A stretch of 63,983 bases of DNA, the filler included, from Octopus bimaculoides (lineage: Eukaryota), in NCBI RefSeq assembly GCF_001194135.2. It is 6 parts of 6 records of this genome, joined end to end, with 100 filler letters (N's around TTAATTAATTAA, not from the genome) between each part and the next. Parts side by side here need not be neighbours in the genome. Positions count along the whole stretch, not along the records: positions 1 to 28,257 come from NC_069000.1; positions 28,358 to 48,118 come from NC_068983.1; 4 more parts are not named here. One strand, written 5' to 3'. Shown here in pieces: positions 22,954 through 30,754 of this stretch (its first letter is position 1; each line of letters opens with the position of its first letter). The notes under the pieces were generated by a model. It saw only the letters and a list, made by a program, of their open reading frames with translations, was not told where the DNA came from and did not search any database. A program made the position numbers and the translations under genes.

Positions 22954-25473
22954 GCATGTAATATGTCTGTATGTCTTTGTGTATATGTTTGTCCCCCCCC
23001 CCTCCACCACTTGACAACTAGTGTTGGTTTGTTTGCATCCTCATAACAACTTGGTAATTCAGCCAAAGAGACCAACAGAATAAGTATCAGATTATAAAAA
23101 AATTAGTACTTGAGATGGTGGGGGTTCGATTCATTCGACTAAACCCTTCAAAATAGTACCCCCAGCATGATTGCAGTCCAGTGAGTCAAACAAGTATAAA
23201 GATAATATATGAAAGATATGAAATATCCATTTTGTGTATGAAGTTTAATGATATATTTAATTTATATAAGGGCATTACTATACAATAACGCCTCACGCTA
23301 AGAGGGACTCCTGCGTTGATTATGAAACCATTGGTTTACCGTTAAGTTAAAAGTTTTTAGGAGGTTAGCTTTGAGAGTTACATTCCCTCGAGAACGGTAA
23401 AAATGTGCTTATTATAGTAGTTTGACTTCTGGAGTCCCTCTTAGTGTGAGGCGTTATTGTATAGTAATGCCCTTATATAAATTAAATATATCTATAGGGA
23501 AAAATGATGGGTTTTTTTTTTTTTTCCTTATGAGGTTTTTTCACGCTAGCTACTTGATAAATTCTTATAAAGTTTTTATCCTATTATTGAAGTTTAATGA
23601 TAAATACTGACCGGAGAGAAACACAGGACGACATGCAAATTACTCCGTACACGACTGAGGTAATATTCATAAAGGTTTTCATTTGTTGAAGGCCGTCTTG
23701 GCATTTCTTTCTTCATTATTGGTGTCAAGTCTCCTAAAATTTCATCCATTTCATCTCTTGCAAACAAATTCGCAACCTGTTGAAAAGATAATTTGATATA
23801 TTTCACAGAATATTTAATTAGCCCTGCGATGGTGGGGGCACAAACACAGACACATATATATGACAGGCTTCTTTCAGTTTCCGTCTACCAAATCGACTCA
23901 CAAGGCTTTGGTCAGCCTGAGGCTATAGTAGAAGACACTTGCCCAAGGTGCCATGCAGTGGGACTTAACCCAGAACCATGTGGTTGGTAAGCAAGTTACT
24001 TACCACACAGCCACTCCTGCGCCTATAAAAAGAATTTTCATGAAACAACAAGGATGTGTTAAACATGGAAAACTTACGAGGCCAGAAGATAACACATTGT
24101 TAAGGTATTCCAAAAAACCTTCATCTTTAATTTCTTGATCAGTAAATAGGAAAGTAATTCCTTTTCCATAAAGCCCTGCTACTCGATATAGATGTTTCAG
24201 GTCTTCTAATAGGTTGATAACATTGTAAGATCTGCAGAGGAAGACAAATATTTTTACATTAGATTAAAGATAACACAAAAAGGGGGGAAAAAAAAACCTT
24301 TATTTACTATCTCCTTTCACTATTTCACTGCTACTGAATTAGGTATAGCACGACCCCAACAATGTTTGGAATGTTACAGGCATGATAGTTTTCACATGTT
24401 GTGTGTCTTTGAAATGTGAACTAAGTACCAGTTGTGTGTGGAGGCGCAATGGCCCAGTGGTTAGGGCAGCGGACTCGCGGTCATAGGATCGCGGTTTCGA
24501 TTCCCAGACCGGGCGTTGTGAGTGTTTATTGAGCGAAAACACCTAAAGCTCCACGGGAATCTAGATTCTCTTCCTCCTTGCCACCGTCATATGATATCAA
24601 GAGAAAAATCATAAAAGTACTTATTTTAAAATTTCCATTCTTTTTCTTTAATTTTTTACTATTTCTATGTTTTAACCATTCTGGAGCAAAGACATCATAT
24701 CCATCTTTCATAATAGATGCCTTCACTTCAGTTTTTATTTCTCAATGTCAAGAACTACTATGCTAAAGCCAATGTTTATCAGAAGACTCAGCATACCAAC
24801 CTTGACAATGTAATTTGAAATATTTGATAACCTGCAATATAAGAGGCAAGCCGAGTTAAAGATTGTTTTCCTGATCCACCAACACCCACAAGCAAAGCAT
24901 TCCCTCTTGCTGTACGAATTATTCGTGATATTTTCATCAAGTGGATCATAGCATCTTCAAAAAATACCAAATCCATTCCTATTCCTCGAATGGTTTCATT
25001 GTATTGCTCTAAATAATTCTGAAGCCATTCTTGGAGTTGATCAAATGATTCAATCTGTAATAGAGAAAAGATCCTATTAAGTTAATACACTAATTAATAA
25101 ATAAAAAGAAGCTGAAAATAACCAGCAAATTAACATCAATACATGAATATGTAGACCTTAAAAGTCACATGACATGGTTAACCTAAAGCTTGACTGTGAC
25201 CATACATAAGCACCACCTTGAAGGGTTTTCATTGAACAAATTGACTCCAGTACTGGAGTCAACATGATCAACTAAAACTTTTAAGTTCCAGCATGGCTGT
25301 AGTCCAATGAATGAAATCAGTAAAAGAATAAAAGAATGTTACTATGGCAACATTTTTCACAGAATCATATCAAAAGATGGTACATTTAAAAAAAGAAACT
25401 TACAGGTTCATAAACTTTAGGCATTTCAAAGTCTTCATCATCAGGTTCCTCTCCTGAAGGTTCTGGAGGATCT
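450..25473 (-). CDS. DNAH5/8: Axonemal dynein heavy chain, outer-arm gamma type (DNAH5/DNAH8-like); partial gene, 13 exons, 862 codons
   Basis: Exons were joined manually. All have GT..AG boundaries and phases chain without stops: 25404-25473, 24801-25054, 24078-24231, 23612-23776, 20015-20241, 17401-17519, 14084-14535, 12546-12761, 11161-11298, 9666-9793, 8528-8696, 1557-1712, 450-788. The translation matches recalled DNAH5/8 motifs. The gene continues beyond position 1, and its 5' part is not found in the window. Confidence 0.97.
1226..1443. mobile_element. piggyBac-like MITE (218 bp)
   Basis: TIRs CCCTTTAG…CTAAAGGG flanked by TTAA and TCAA. Confidence 0.65.
1557..1712 (-). CDS. DNAH5/8: Dynein HC exon AAA5: [21 protein letters not shown]...[16 protein letters not shown]
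   Basis: tgttag acceptor and gtatag donor; 156 nt; contains the 'W..QGLP.D..S..N' and 'PLLIDPQ' motifs. Not in the ORF track. Confidence 0.97.
3619..3910. mobile_element. hAT (Charlie-like) MITE, 292 bp
   Basis: TIRs CAGGG(T/G)TTTTCAAACT; perfect 8-bp TSD atctagag at 3611-3618 and 3911-3918. Confidence 0.88.
5080..5224. mobile_element. pogo/Tigger-like MITE, 145 bp; a related 5' end lies at about 1846-1925
   Basis: TIRs CAGTAAT…/…ATTACTG with TA on both sides. Confidence 0.7.
6688..6909 (+). mobile_element. mariner-derived MITE
   Basis: TA-CAAGGGGGTGCTGAAAAGTTCCTGGCT … AGCTAAGAACTTTGTAGCACACCCTTG-TA; internal remnant of a transposase C-terminus ([15 protein letters not shown]…HVE*). Confidence 0.8.
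8528..8696 (-). CDS. DNAH5/8: Dynein HC exon: [23 protein letters not shown]...
   Basis: ttgcag acceptor and gtaaga donor; 169 nt; contains the 'GD.L...AFLSY.GPF' motif. Confidence 0.97.
9666..9793 (-). CDS. DNAH5/8: Dynein HC exon: TLVDD...[15 protein letters not shown]
   Basis: ctgcag acceptor and gtttga donor; 128 nt; contains the 'LI.GL.GEK.RW' motif. Confidence 0.96.
11161..11298 (-). CDS. DNAH5/8: Dynein HC exon: [17 protein letters not shown]...AMVEKQ
   Basis: ttacag acceptor and gtgagg donor; 138 nt; coiled-coil sequence. Not in the ORF track. Confidence 0.94.
11310..11854. mobile_element. Rearranged mariner remnant
   Basis: Minus strand has a TIR (11825-11854) and an N-terminus [13 protein letters not shown]. 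Plus strand has an internal [29 protein letters not shown] segment. Confidence 0.75.
12546..12761 (-). CDS. DNAH5/8: Dynein HC exon: MTBD / coiled coil 2 (…[17 protein letters not shown]…EVLPLK)
   Basis: AAG-type acceptor (gttaag) and gttagt donor; 216 nt. Confidence 0.96.
14084..14535 (-). CDS. DNAH5/8: Dynein HC exon: stalk coiled coil 1 and start of the microtubule-binding domain
   Basis: GLEKLIEAS...[44 protein letters not shown]; tatag acceptor and gtactg donor; 452 nt. Confidence 0.97.
16598..16888 (-). mobile_element. tRNA-headed SINE carrying a hammerhead ribozyme, 5' head inverted
   Basis: Minus strand reads B box gagttcgattcc, (AAT)n, hammerhead, then a (tgtaaataa)n tail. The A-box/anticodon segment 16846-16888 lies on the opposite strand. 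Confidence 0.8.
16654..16699 (-). ncRNA. Minimal type I hammerhead ribozyme (A13>G variant)
   Basis: GACAC-CUGAUGA-A-GGCUG(10-nt loop)CAGCC-GGAAC-GUU-GUGUU. Stems I and II pair; stem III is a loopless AACGUU palindrome. Confidence 0.8.
16887..17295 (+). mobile_element. Abundant SINE 'family A' (gtggctgtgtggtaag… internal (TA)n/(TG)n … aaacaagtaaaagag). Other copies about 1-190(+), 6113-6510(-), 20545-20700(+), 22570-22890(-), 23830-24020(-), 34400-34790(+), 35660-35780(+), 38450-38835(+), 40360-40515(-), 55480-55695(+), 56450-56610(+)
   Basis: tRNA-like head (tggctgtgtgg / ggttcagtccc) and shared 3' body visible in more than 10 copies; coordinates approximate. Confidence 0.8.
17401..17519 (-). 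CDS. DNAH5/8: Dynein HC exon: [20 protein letters not shown]...
   Basis: taacag acceptor and gtatgt donor; 119 nt; contains the 'VTPKSYL.F' motif. Confidence 0.96.
17755..18045. repeat. Compound (TCTG/TCCA/TCTA)n microsatellite; many other (AT)n, (AC)n, (AAT)n, (ACT)n, (CAT)n and (CT)n tracts occur through the window
   Basis: Seen directly in the sequence. Confidence 0.95.
19299..19380. repeat. 19-bp minisatellite (gcatgtatatgcaggaaat) about x4
   Basis: Direct tandem units. Confidence 0.85.
20015..20241 (-). CDS. DNAH5/8: Dynein HC exon: [32 protein letters not shown]...
   Basis: aattag acceptor and gtaac donor; 227 nt; contains the 'CTIDWF..WP.DAL' motif. Confidence 0.96.
21087..22434 (+). 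mobile_element. Helitron/Helentron-derived non-autonomous element ends (interrupted by a gap and microsatellites); a similar element is at about 53825-54640
   Basis: 5' end actagcag..acctggctttgcccggg; 3' end …gtagttctcgag…(CA)n(CAGA)n cattctcattttatatatatagat. The assignment is from pattern recall. Confidence 0.45.
23250..23492. mobile_element. MITE with about 62-bp TIRs (…TAAGGGCATTACTATACAATAACGCCTCAC…) in a dynein intron
   Basis: Arms 23250-23311 and 23431-23492 are reverse complements; a similar terminus is at about 39455-39505. Confidence 0.8.
23612..23776 (-). CDS. DNAH5/8: Dynein HC exon: [13 protein letters not shown]...[10 protein letters not shown]
   Basis: caacag acceptor and gtcagt donor; 165 nt. 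Confidence 0.96.
24078..24231 (-). CDS. DNAH5/8: Dynein HC exon AAA4: [12 protein letters not shown]...[25 protein letters not shown]
   Basis: ctgcag acceptor and gtaagt donor; 154 nt; contains the AAA4 'FLFTD..IKDE.FLE' motif. Not in the ORF track. Confidence 0.96.
24439..24555 (+). mobile_element. Same tRNA(Arg) SINE, 3'-truncated
   Basis: Head nearly identical to the 36419 and 56138 copies. Confidence 0.8.
24801..25054 (-). CDS. DNAH5/8: Dynein HC exon with AAA4 P-loop ([21 protein letters not shown])
   Basis: Walker A GxxGxGK; ttacag acceptor and gttggt donor; 254 nt. Confidence 0.97.
25404..25473 (-). CDS. DNAH5/8: Dynein HC exon (most 5' exon found): (R)[23 protein letters not shown]
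   Basis: tttctacag acceptor and gtaagt donor; 70 nt; resembles DNAH5 'RDAPE...PKIYEP'. Confidence 0.92.
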
Positions 25474-25490
25474 CTGTAGAAAAACAAAAT

Positions 25491-25790
25491 ACAAGGTGCA
25501 TTCCATAAGGTTTAAGACTTTTTCAGGAGTGGCAGTTATAAATGTCCTAGATTACTGTAATTTAAGTATATCATTACTACACATCTAATAAGCTGACCTG
25601 CCAACTCTTTTTTTAATTTTTTTTTTATTCCTGACTGAAGGAGGTGGCTGTAACAGCACTTTGAAACACACTCTACTAAACACTGCTTGTCACAACCGAT
25701 TAGTTTTGCAGAATGCAGTTGGGACATGAAGACAATTTGAAGGTTCACTATGCAATAAAGTTTTGTGCTAAACTGGGAAAAACCACTACA
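25491..25790 (+). mobile_element. mariner 5' fragment
   Basis: TA-CAAGGTGCATTCCATAAG terminus and a HYAIKFCAKLGK N-terminal HTH motif. Confidence 0.6.
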
Positions 25791-25799
25791 GGAACTAAT

Positions 25800-25935
25800 G
25801 AGATGAGCTGGCAGAAACGTTAGCACGCCGGGCGAAATGCTTAGCGGTATTTCGTCTGTTGCTATGTTCTGAGTTCAAATTCTGCTGAGGTTGACTTTGC
25901 CTTTCATCCTTTCAGGGTCGATTAAATAAGTACAT
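25800..25935 (+). mobile_element. SINE 'family B' (gctggcagaaacgttagcacgccgggc…gactttgcctttcatcctttcggggtcgataaaataagtaccag; Nin/Deu-domain-like). Other copies about 1040-1190(-), 5900-6105(+), 10200-10470(-), 13190-13390(-), 13478-13690(-), 13692-13910(+), 37380-37500(-), 43735-43910(+), 44830-44905(-), 56640-56865(+), 58265-58455(+)
   Basis: The shared central motif recurs in more than 10 copies. Its resemblance to the Nin/Deu SINE domain is from recall. Confidence 0.72.
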
Positions 25936-26049
25936 GTAACAATAACTGTTCGACAAAGCTCCACAAGTCAGCAATGCGCGGACACTGTATGATGGCATGC
26001 AACATGGATTCATCACTCTGCTTGCATCTTGGACAAGCCCATTTGGCTG

Positions 26050-26530
26050 CACAATAATAATAATAATAAATGCCCTGATGTAGTACCAGGCACTGGCTCT
26101 CATGGCTTCTGCTGATCTTAACTGATTGGAAGTGTTACCATGTCCATATTTTGTTTTATTATAAAAGATGGGGTACAGCGAATATTCTGCTCAATACCAC
26201 AGATTTGCTTGTCAGTTGTTTGATCTTAACCAGTTCAGCATGTCCTTTAGTGGCTGACAATATGTGCTTCTCTGATCACTAGCAGAAGTAGTGGGGCAGC
26301 ATCATAATCGTGTGTTGAGAGGAATTCTTTGGGGTTTGAGTAATTCACCTCTGGAAACATGGGTGTTTCATCCAACGTCCTTAAACAACCCTTATTCTGG
26401 GACCATTTGAGTGGGATGGGCTACTCAACTTGAAGAAAATTCTAACTGAACCACACCTGCAAGGTCATGCACTGTTTATCTTGATATGAGCTCACCATGT
26501 CATGCACATATGATTGTGATGCATGTGCCT
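26050..26530 (+). repeat. Interspersed repeat (tgccctgatgtagtaccaggc…gatgcatgtgcc), probably retroposon-derived
   Basis: Preceded by (AAT)n; recognised as a common octopus repeat from recall only; single copy in this window. Confidence 0.4.
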
Positions 26531-26999
26531 GTCCATTGTCTGGAAATCTTTTGAGAATGAACTAGGCGGAGTAGGAGGATACACATGGATGGAAAGAGTC
26601 ACGAAAGAGGTCACTGAAGAGGTCACAAATGTGTAACAATGCAAAATTTATCTGGAAAATGTACACAAGTCCACATGAGTGCAAATTTTTCAATATACTC
26701 TTCTCTTTAAGGAGACAGAGTTGAGCAACCACAAAAGGATTCCTTCATTGGAACATGTGTCCAACTAAACTCCTGTTCAATTAGAGGGGAGAAAGGACTG
26801 GCTCCAATGGCCATATAGTTCAAACCACATGAATTGTTGTAAAGGTAGTTTCAGTTACTATAAAAGAGAGGAGGTTTGATTTCTTGGAAACCACAGAATG
26901 TAGTTGACAGTCCAGCACAATGTTTTGACATATTAACATAGTCTAACTATTGATTATGTAATCTGTATTTACTACATCTAATCAAATACAGGACTTTGG

Positions 27000-27481
27000 A
27001 TCCAGGTATATGAAAGGTTTAGTCCACTCTGAATTTTTAAACCCAAACCAAATGATAAAAAAGAGATCTACTGCAGGCAGCTTGAGCACCTTAAGTCAGC
27101 ACTAGAAGAAAAGTGATCATCTTTGGTTTCAAGACGAAAGGTGTTCTTCCATCAGGATAATGCTTGGCCATATACAGTGAGGATGACATTCCAAAGGCTG
27201 GAGTAATTTGAATGAGAAACAATGCCCCATCTGATTATCATTTATTTCACGGTCTTCAAAATCATTTGGACAGAAAATATATGAAGTCTGTAGATGAGGC
27301 CAGAACAGAACTGGAGAAGTATTTTTCATCATGGACAAGTGAATTTTGGAAGAGGGACCTTGCAAGTCTGCCTGATAGATGGAAGAGCATTTTAGAAAAT
27401 GAAGGAGAGTATATTTTGGATTAAAAAATAACTTTGTTTATCTTAAATTTTGAAAAGTAAAAGGAGTATTAAAAACCCGCA
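27000..27481 (+). pseudogene. mariner transposase 3' half, decayed
   Basis: FFHQDNAWPY…APSDYHLFHGLQNHL…W..ILENEGEY motifs with stops and frameshifts. Confidence 0.85.
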
Positions 27482-28188
27482 NNNNNNNNNNATATATATA
27501 TATATATACACACACACATATACACAAACACATACATACACACACACAAAGTAAAGATAACAGTATTACATCTTCAGTAGGAGAGGATAAGAAAGGTAAA
27601 GAAGGAAGATGAAAGAAAATAAGATAAAATACAATAAAAGGTTGTTGCGTACAAAGAGGAGGTATAAGGAATTTGAATTTTCTTTAATAGTTTCATGGCT
27701 ACAATTGTCTTAAAGGTTCATGGATATAAAAGTTTATGGATATAGAAGTAGATATAGCAAGTATATAGGTAGACAAATAAACAGACGGGCAGAGAGATCA
27801 AAAGCTAAATGGATACATAGGTAGATAGTTTGATAAGTAGATAGAAAAACGGATAGTTTACCCTATGTATGGTGTGTGACCTGGAGTGAGCCTTTTGCTG
27901 AGAATTGTAGCTTATTTTGTGAGTCTTTTCGAGTCAATGATGACATAAATTTCTATATCCATAAACTTTTATATCCATGAGCCTTAAAAACATTTATATC
28001 CATAAACCTATTACAGAAAATTAGACCTTATACCGCCGTGTACTCTAGTCCCTTTTATTGTATTTTATATTGTTTCATTTTCTTTTATTTTCTTTCATTT
28101 TCTTTAACTTTTATAACCTCTCCTTCTAATAGCATTCTCCTGTTATCTTACTATAAATTTAACCACGTTGCATGAGATACACAAACAC

Positions 28189-28230
<42 letters not shown>

Positions 28231-28257
28231 CATACATATATATATACATACATATAT

Positions 28258-28357
28258 NNNNNNNNNNNNNNNNNNNNNNNNNNNNNNNNNNNNNNNNNNN
28301 NTTAATTAATTAANNNNNNNNNNNNNNNNNNNNNNNNNNNNNNNNNNNNNNNNNNNN
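28258..28357. other. Artificial scaffold spacer N44-TTAATTAATTAA-N44; also at 48119-48218, 56275-56374, 60238-60337 and 62846-62945
   Basis: Five identical 100-nt constructs; the 12-mer puts stop codons in all six frames. Confidence 0.92.
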
Positions 28358-29061
28358 GCACGAACCCAAACTGCATCTCATCTAAATTGATTTGCTCCCT
28401 AATTAGTTGGGCTATGACCCTCTCCGTAACTTTCATAACCTGATCTAACAGCTTGATGCCTCTGTAATTATTAGTATCTAAAGCGTCACCTTTACCTTTG
28501 TAGCAGTTTACTATGGTGCTGCTACACCAGTCATTGGGTATATGGTGATAAATTGAATATTAATTTGATTAACATCAATTTAAAACCAGTGGCCTAGCAT
28601 ATAGAAAAATCTGAAAATTCAGAAAAATTGTATTACATACGTATAAGAAAGGATGACCACTAAGTGGACATCCATTATGCTACAAATAGATCACCTACGA
28701 TCTGACCACAAAGCAAAGATTGTTCTCAAGAGAAATTCAGCAAACACCAGAATGTAAATGGGCAAGACAAATGAAAATATACAAAATAGAGAATTAATCA
28801 TAGATCAGTTTCGCCAATAATGAAATTTACTGTAAGCGGGCAAGACAAACGAAAATATACAAAATAAAGAATTAATCGTAGACCGGTTAATGGCAAAACC
28901 AGTCTACGATTAATCCTTCATTTTGTATATTTTCATTTGTCTTGCCCACTTACGTTCTTGTGTTTGCTGACTAAGGTGACCCTTGTTTACTGGTCATGCT
29001 TCAAGAACCCTGTCAAGAATTCTTGCAGTTCCAAGCAAGGCTGATTTTTGTTGGTGTTCTT

Positions 29062-29160
29062 ACCTTTACATTTGTACCAACCTTTTACATTTGTACCAAC
29101 CTTTTACATTTGTACCAACCTTTTACATTTGTACCAACCTTTTACATTTGTACCAACCTT
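29062..29160. repeat. 19-bp minisatellite (accttttacatttgtacca) x5
   Basis: Five near-perfect tandem units. Confidence 0.9.
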
Positions 29161-29546
29161 AGTCTGCTGGCTGTGGACAGCTGACACTTTCCATCATAGC
29201 CAGCAAAATAAGACGAGCGATTACATTAAATAATAATAATGATAATAAGAGCACTTGGAATGATCAAAAAAGGAAGTGAAAATTATCTGAGGATGATCCC
29301 TGGTTTACCATCCATGCAAGAAGTACAAAAGATTGTCTTAACTGGTACGTCACACGTATTGAGAAGAGCATTGTCACCGTGAATTTTCTTTCCTTTTCCC
29401 CTTTCTTTCCTTTTCCCACTGTTCTTCTTGTCCTTTCTAATAATATAAGCACAAGGCCTGAAATTTTGCTGGAGAAGTTTAGTCCATTACTTCGAACCCG
29501 AAAAGATGAAAAGCAAAGTCGATCTAGACGGAATGGTCCAGATGGA

Positions 29547-30556
29547 GGATCTTGTTCAAAACGGGGGCACCAGTTTTCATTACTGTTTTATGTAGTGTTT
29601 TTGGTACCGAAAGACTTTCAAACTTTGTATACTTATCTATTTTGTGTTATAGAACAGAAAAAAACTTTTGTATTCGAATTTATTTCATGTAAAAAATTGT
29701 CTTATTTCGATAATTTCAACCAATCACTGACAAGTATTCAGCTGTTTACACTTACTCCTTTGGCAGTTTAAGCGGTGTAAAGCGTATTTAATCTCCATTT
29801 ATAATTTCGTTAACATCTGCCTGAACTGTATGAAAGGTTTATTAGCTACTGCCTAACCCTAACTCTAATCCTACTGCCAATATGCTTCAGCCATTTTTTG
29901 ACAAGGAAATAATAATTTTATCACCGCCANNNNNNNNNNNNNNNNNNNNNNNNNNNNNNNNNNNNNNNNNNNNNNNNNNNNNNNNNNNNNNNNNNNNNNN
30001 NNNNNNNNNNNNNNNNNNNNNNNNNNNNNNNNNNNNNNNNNNNNNNNNNNNNNNNNNNNNNNNNNNNNNNNNNNNNNNNNNNNNNNNNNNNNNNNNNNNN
30101 NNNNNNNNNNNNNNNNNNNNNNNNNNNNNNNNNNNNNNNNNNNNNNNNNNNNNNNNNNNNNNNNNNNNNNNNNNNNNNNNNNNNNNNNNNNNNNNNNNNN
30201 NNNNNNNNNNNNNNNNNNNNNNNNNNNNNNNNNNNNNNNNNNNNNNNNNNNNNNNNNNNNNNNNNNNNNNNNNNNNNNNNNNNNNNNNNNNNNNNNNNNN
30301 NNNNNNNNNNNTATGTAATCTGAACCTTTCCCACCTTATTTTTTAATTTTTTTTTTTTCGGAATCCCACGTTTTAGGCTATGGAGATTCCGATTCTGAAA
30401 AAAAATTTTCAAAAATATCAAATTCAGAATTTCGATCCCCCCCCACCCCCGGTTTTTAGGATCTAGATAAGTATACAAAGTTTGAAAGTCTTTCGGTACC
30501 AAAAACACTACATAAAACATTAATGAAAACTGGTGCCCTCGTTTTGAACAAGATCC
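29547..30556. mobile_element. Non-autonomous DNA transposon with 93-bp TIRs, immediately upstream of PSMB6
   Basis: 29547-29639 is the near-perfect reverse complement of 30464-30556 (GGATCTTGTTCAAAACG…). The interior contains a 382-N gap; no clear TSD. Confidence 0.8.
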
Positions 30557-30652
30557 GAAATTTTTGGTGTTACGAATGAAATCAGAATTATATCTAACAA
30601 GGGAGCTAACCACAATTAACCGGAAACAGTTCACTGCTCGTTATTATCCAAG

Positions 30653-30754
30653 ATGGCTTCTGTGATGACTGGCGGTTTGTCTTATCCCAGCATGAGTAAC
30701 CAGATTTATAGTGACATGGGGATGGATTGGATGAACAAAGAACAGAGCACAGGA
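30653..30754 (+). CDS. PSMB6: PSMB6 exon 1 (propeptide [34 protein letters not shown])
   Basis: ATG in ccaagATGG context; ends ACA GGA|gtaagt at phase 0, directly before the Thr1 exon. Confidence 0.92.

Noticed and set aside
29062-29160. CRISPR-like array
   Set aside because: Contiguous 19-bp units without spacers, in eukaryotic DNA; a minisatellite.
30557-30652. PACE/ARE (Nrf1-type) proteasome element upstream of PSMB6
   Set aside because: No TGA[CG]NNNGC match found by eye; only an ETS-like ccggaaac word.
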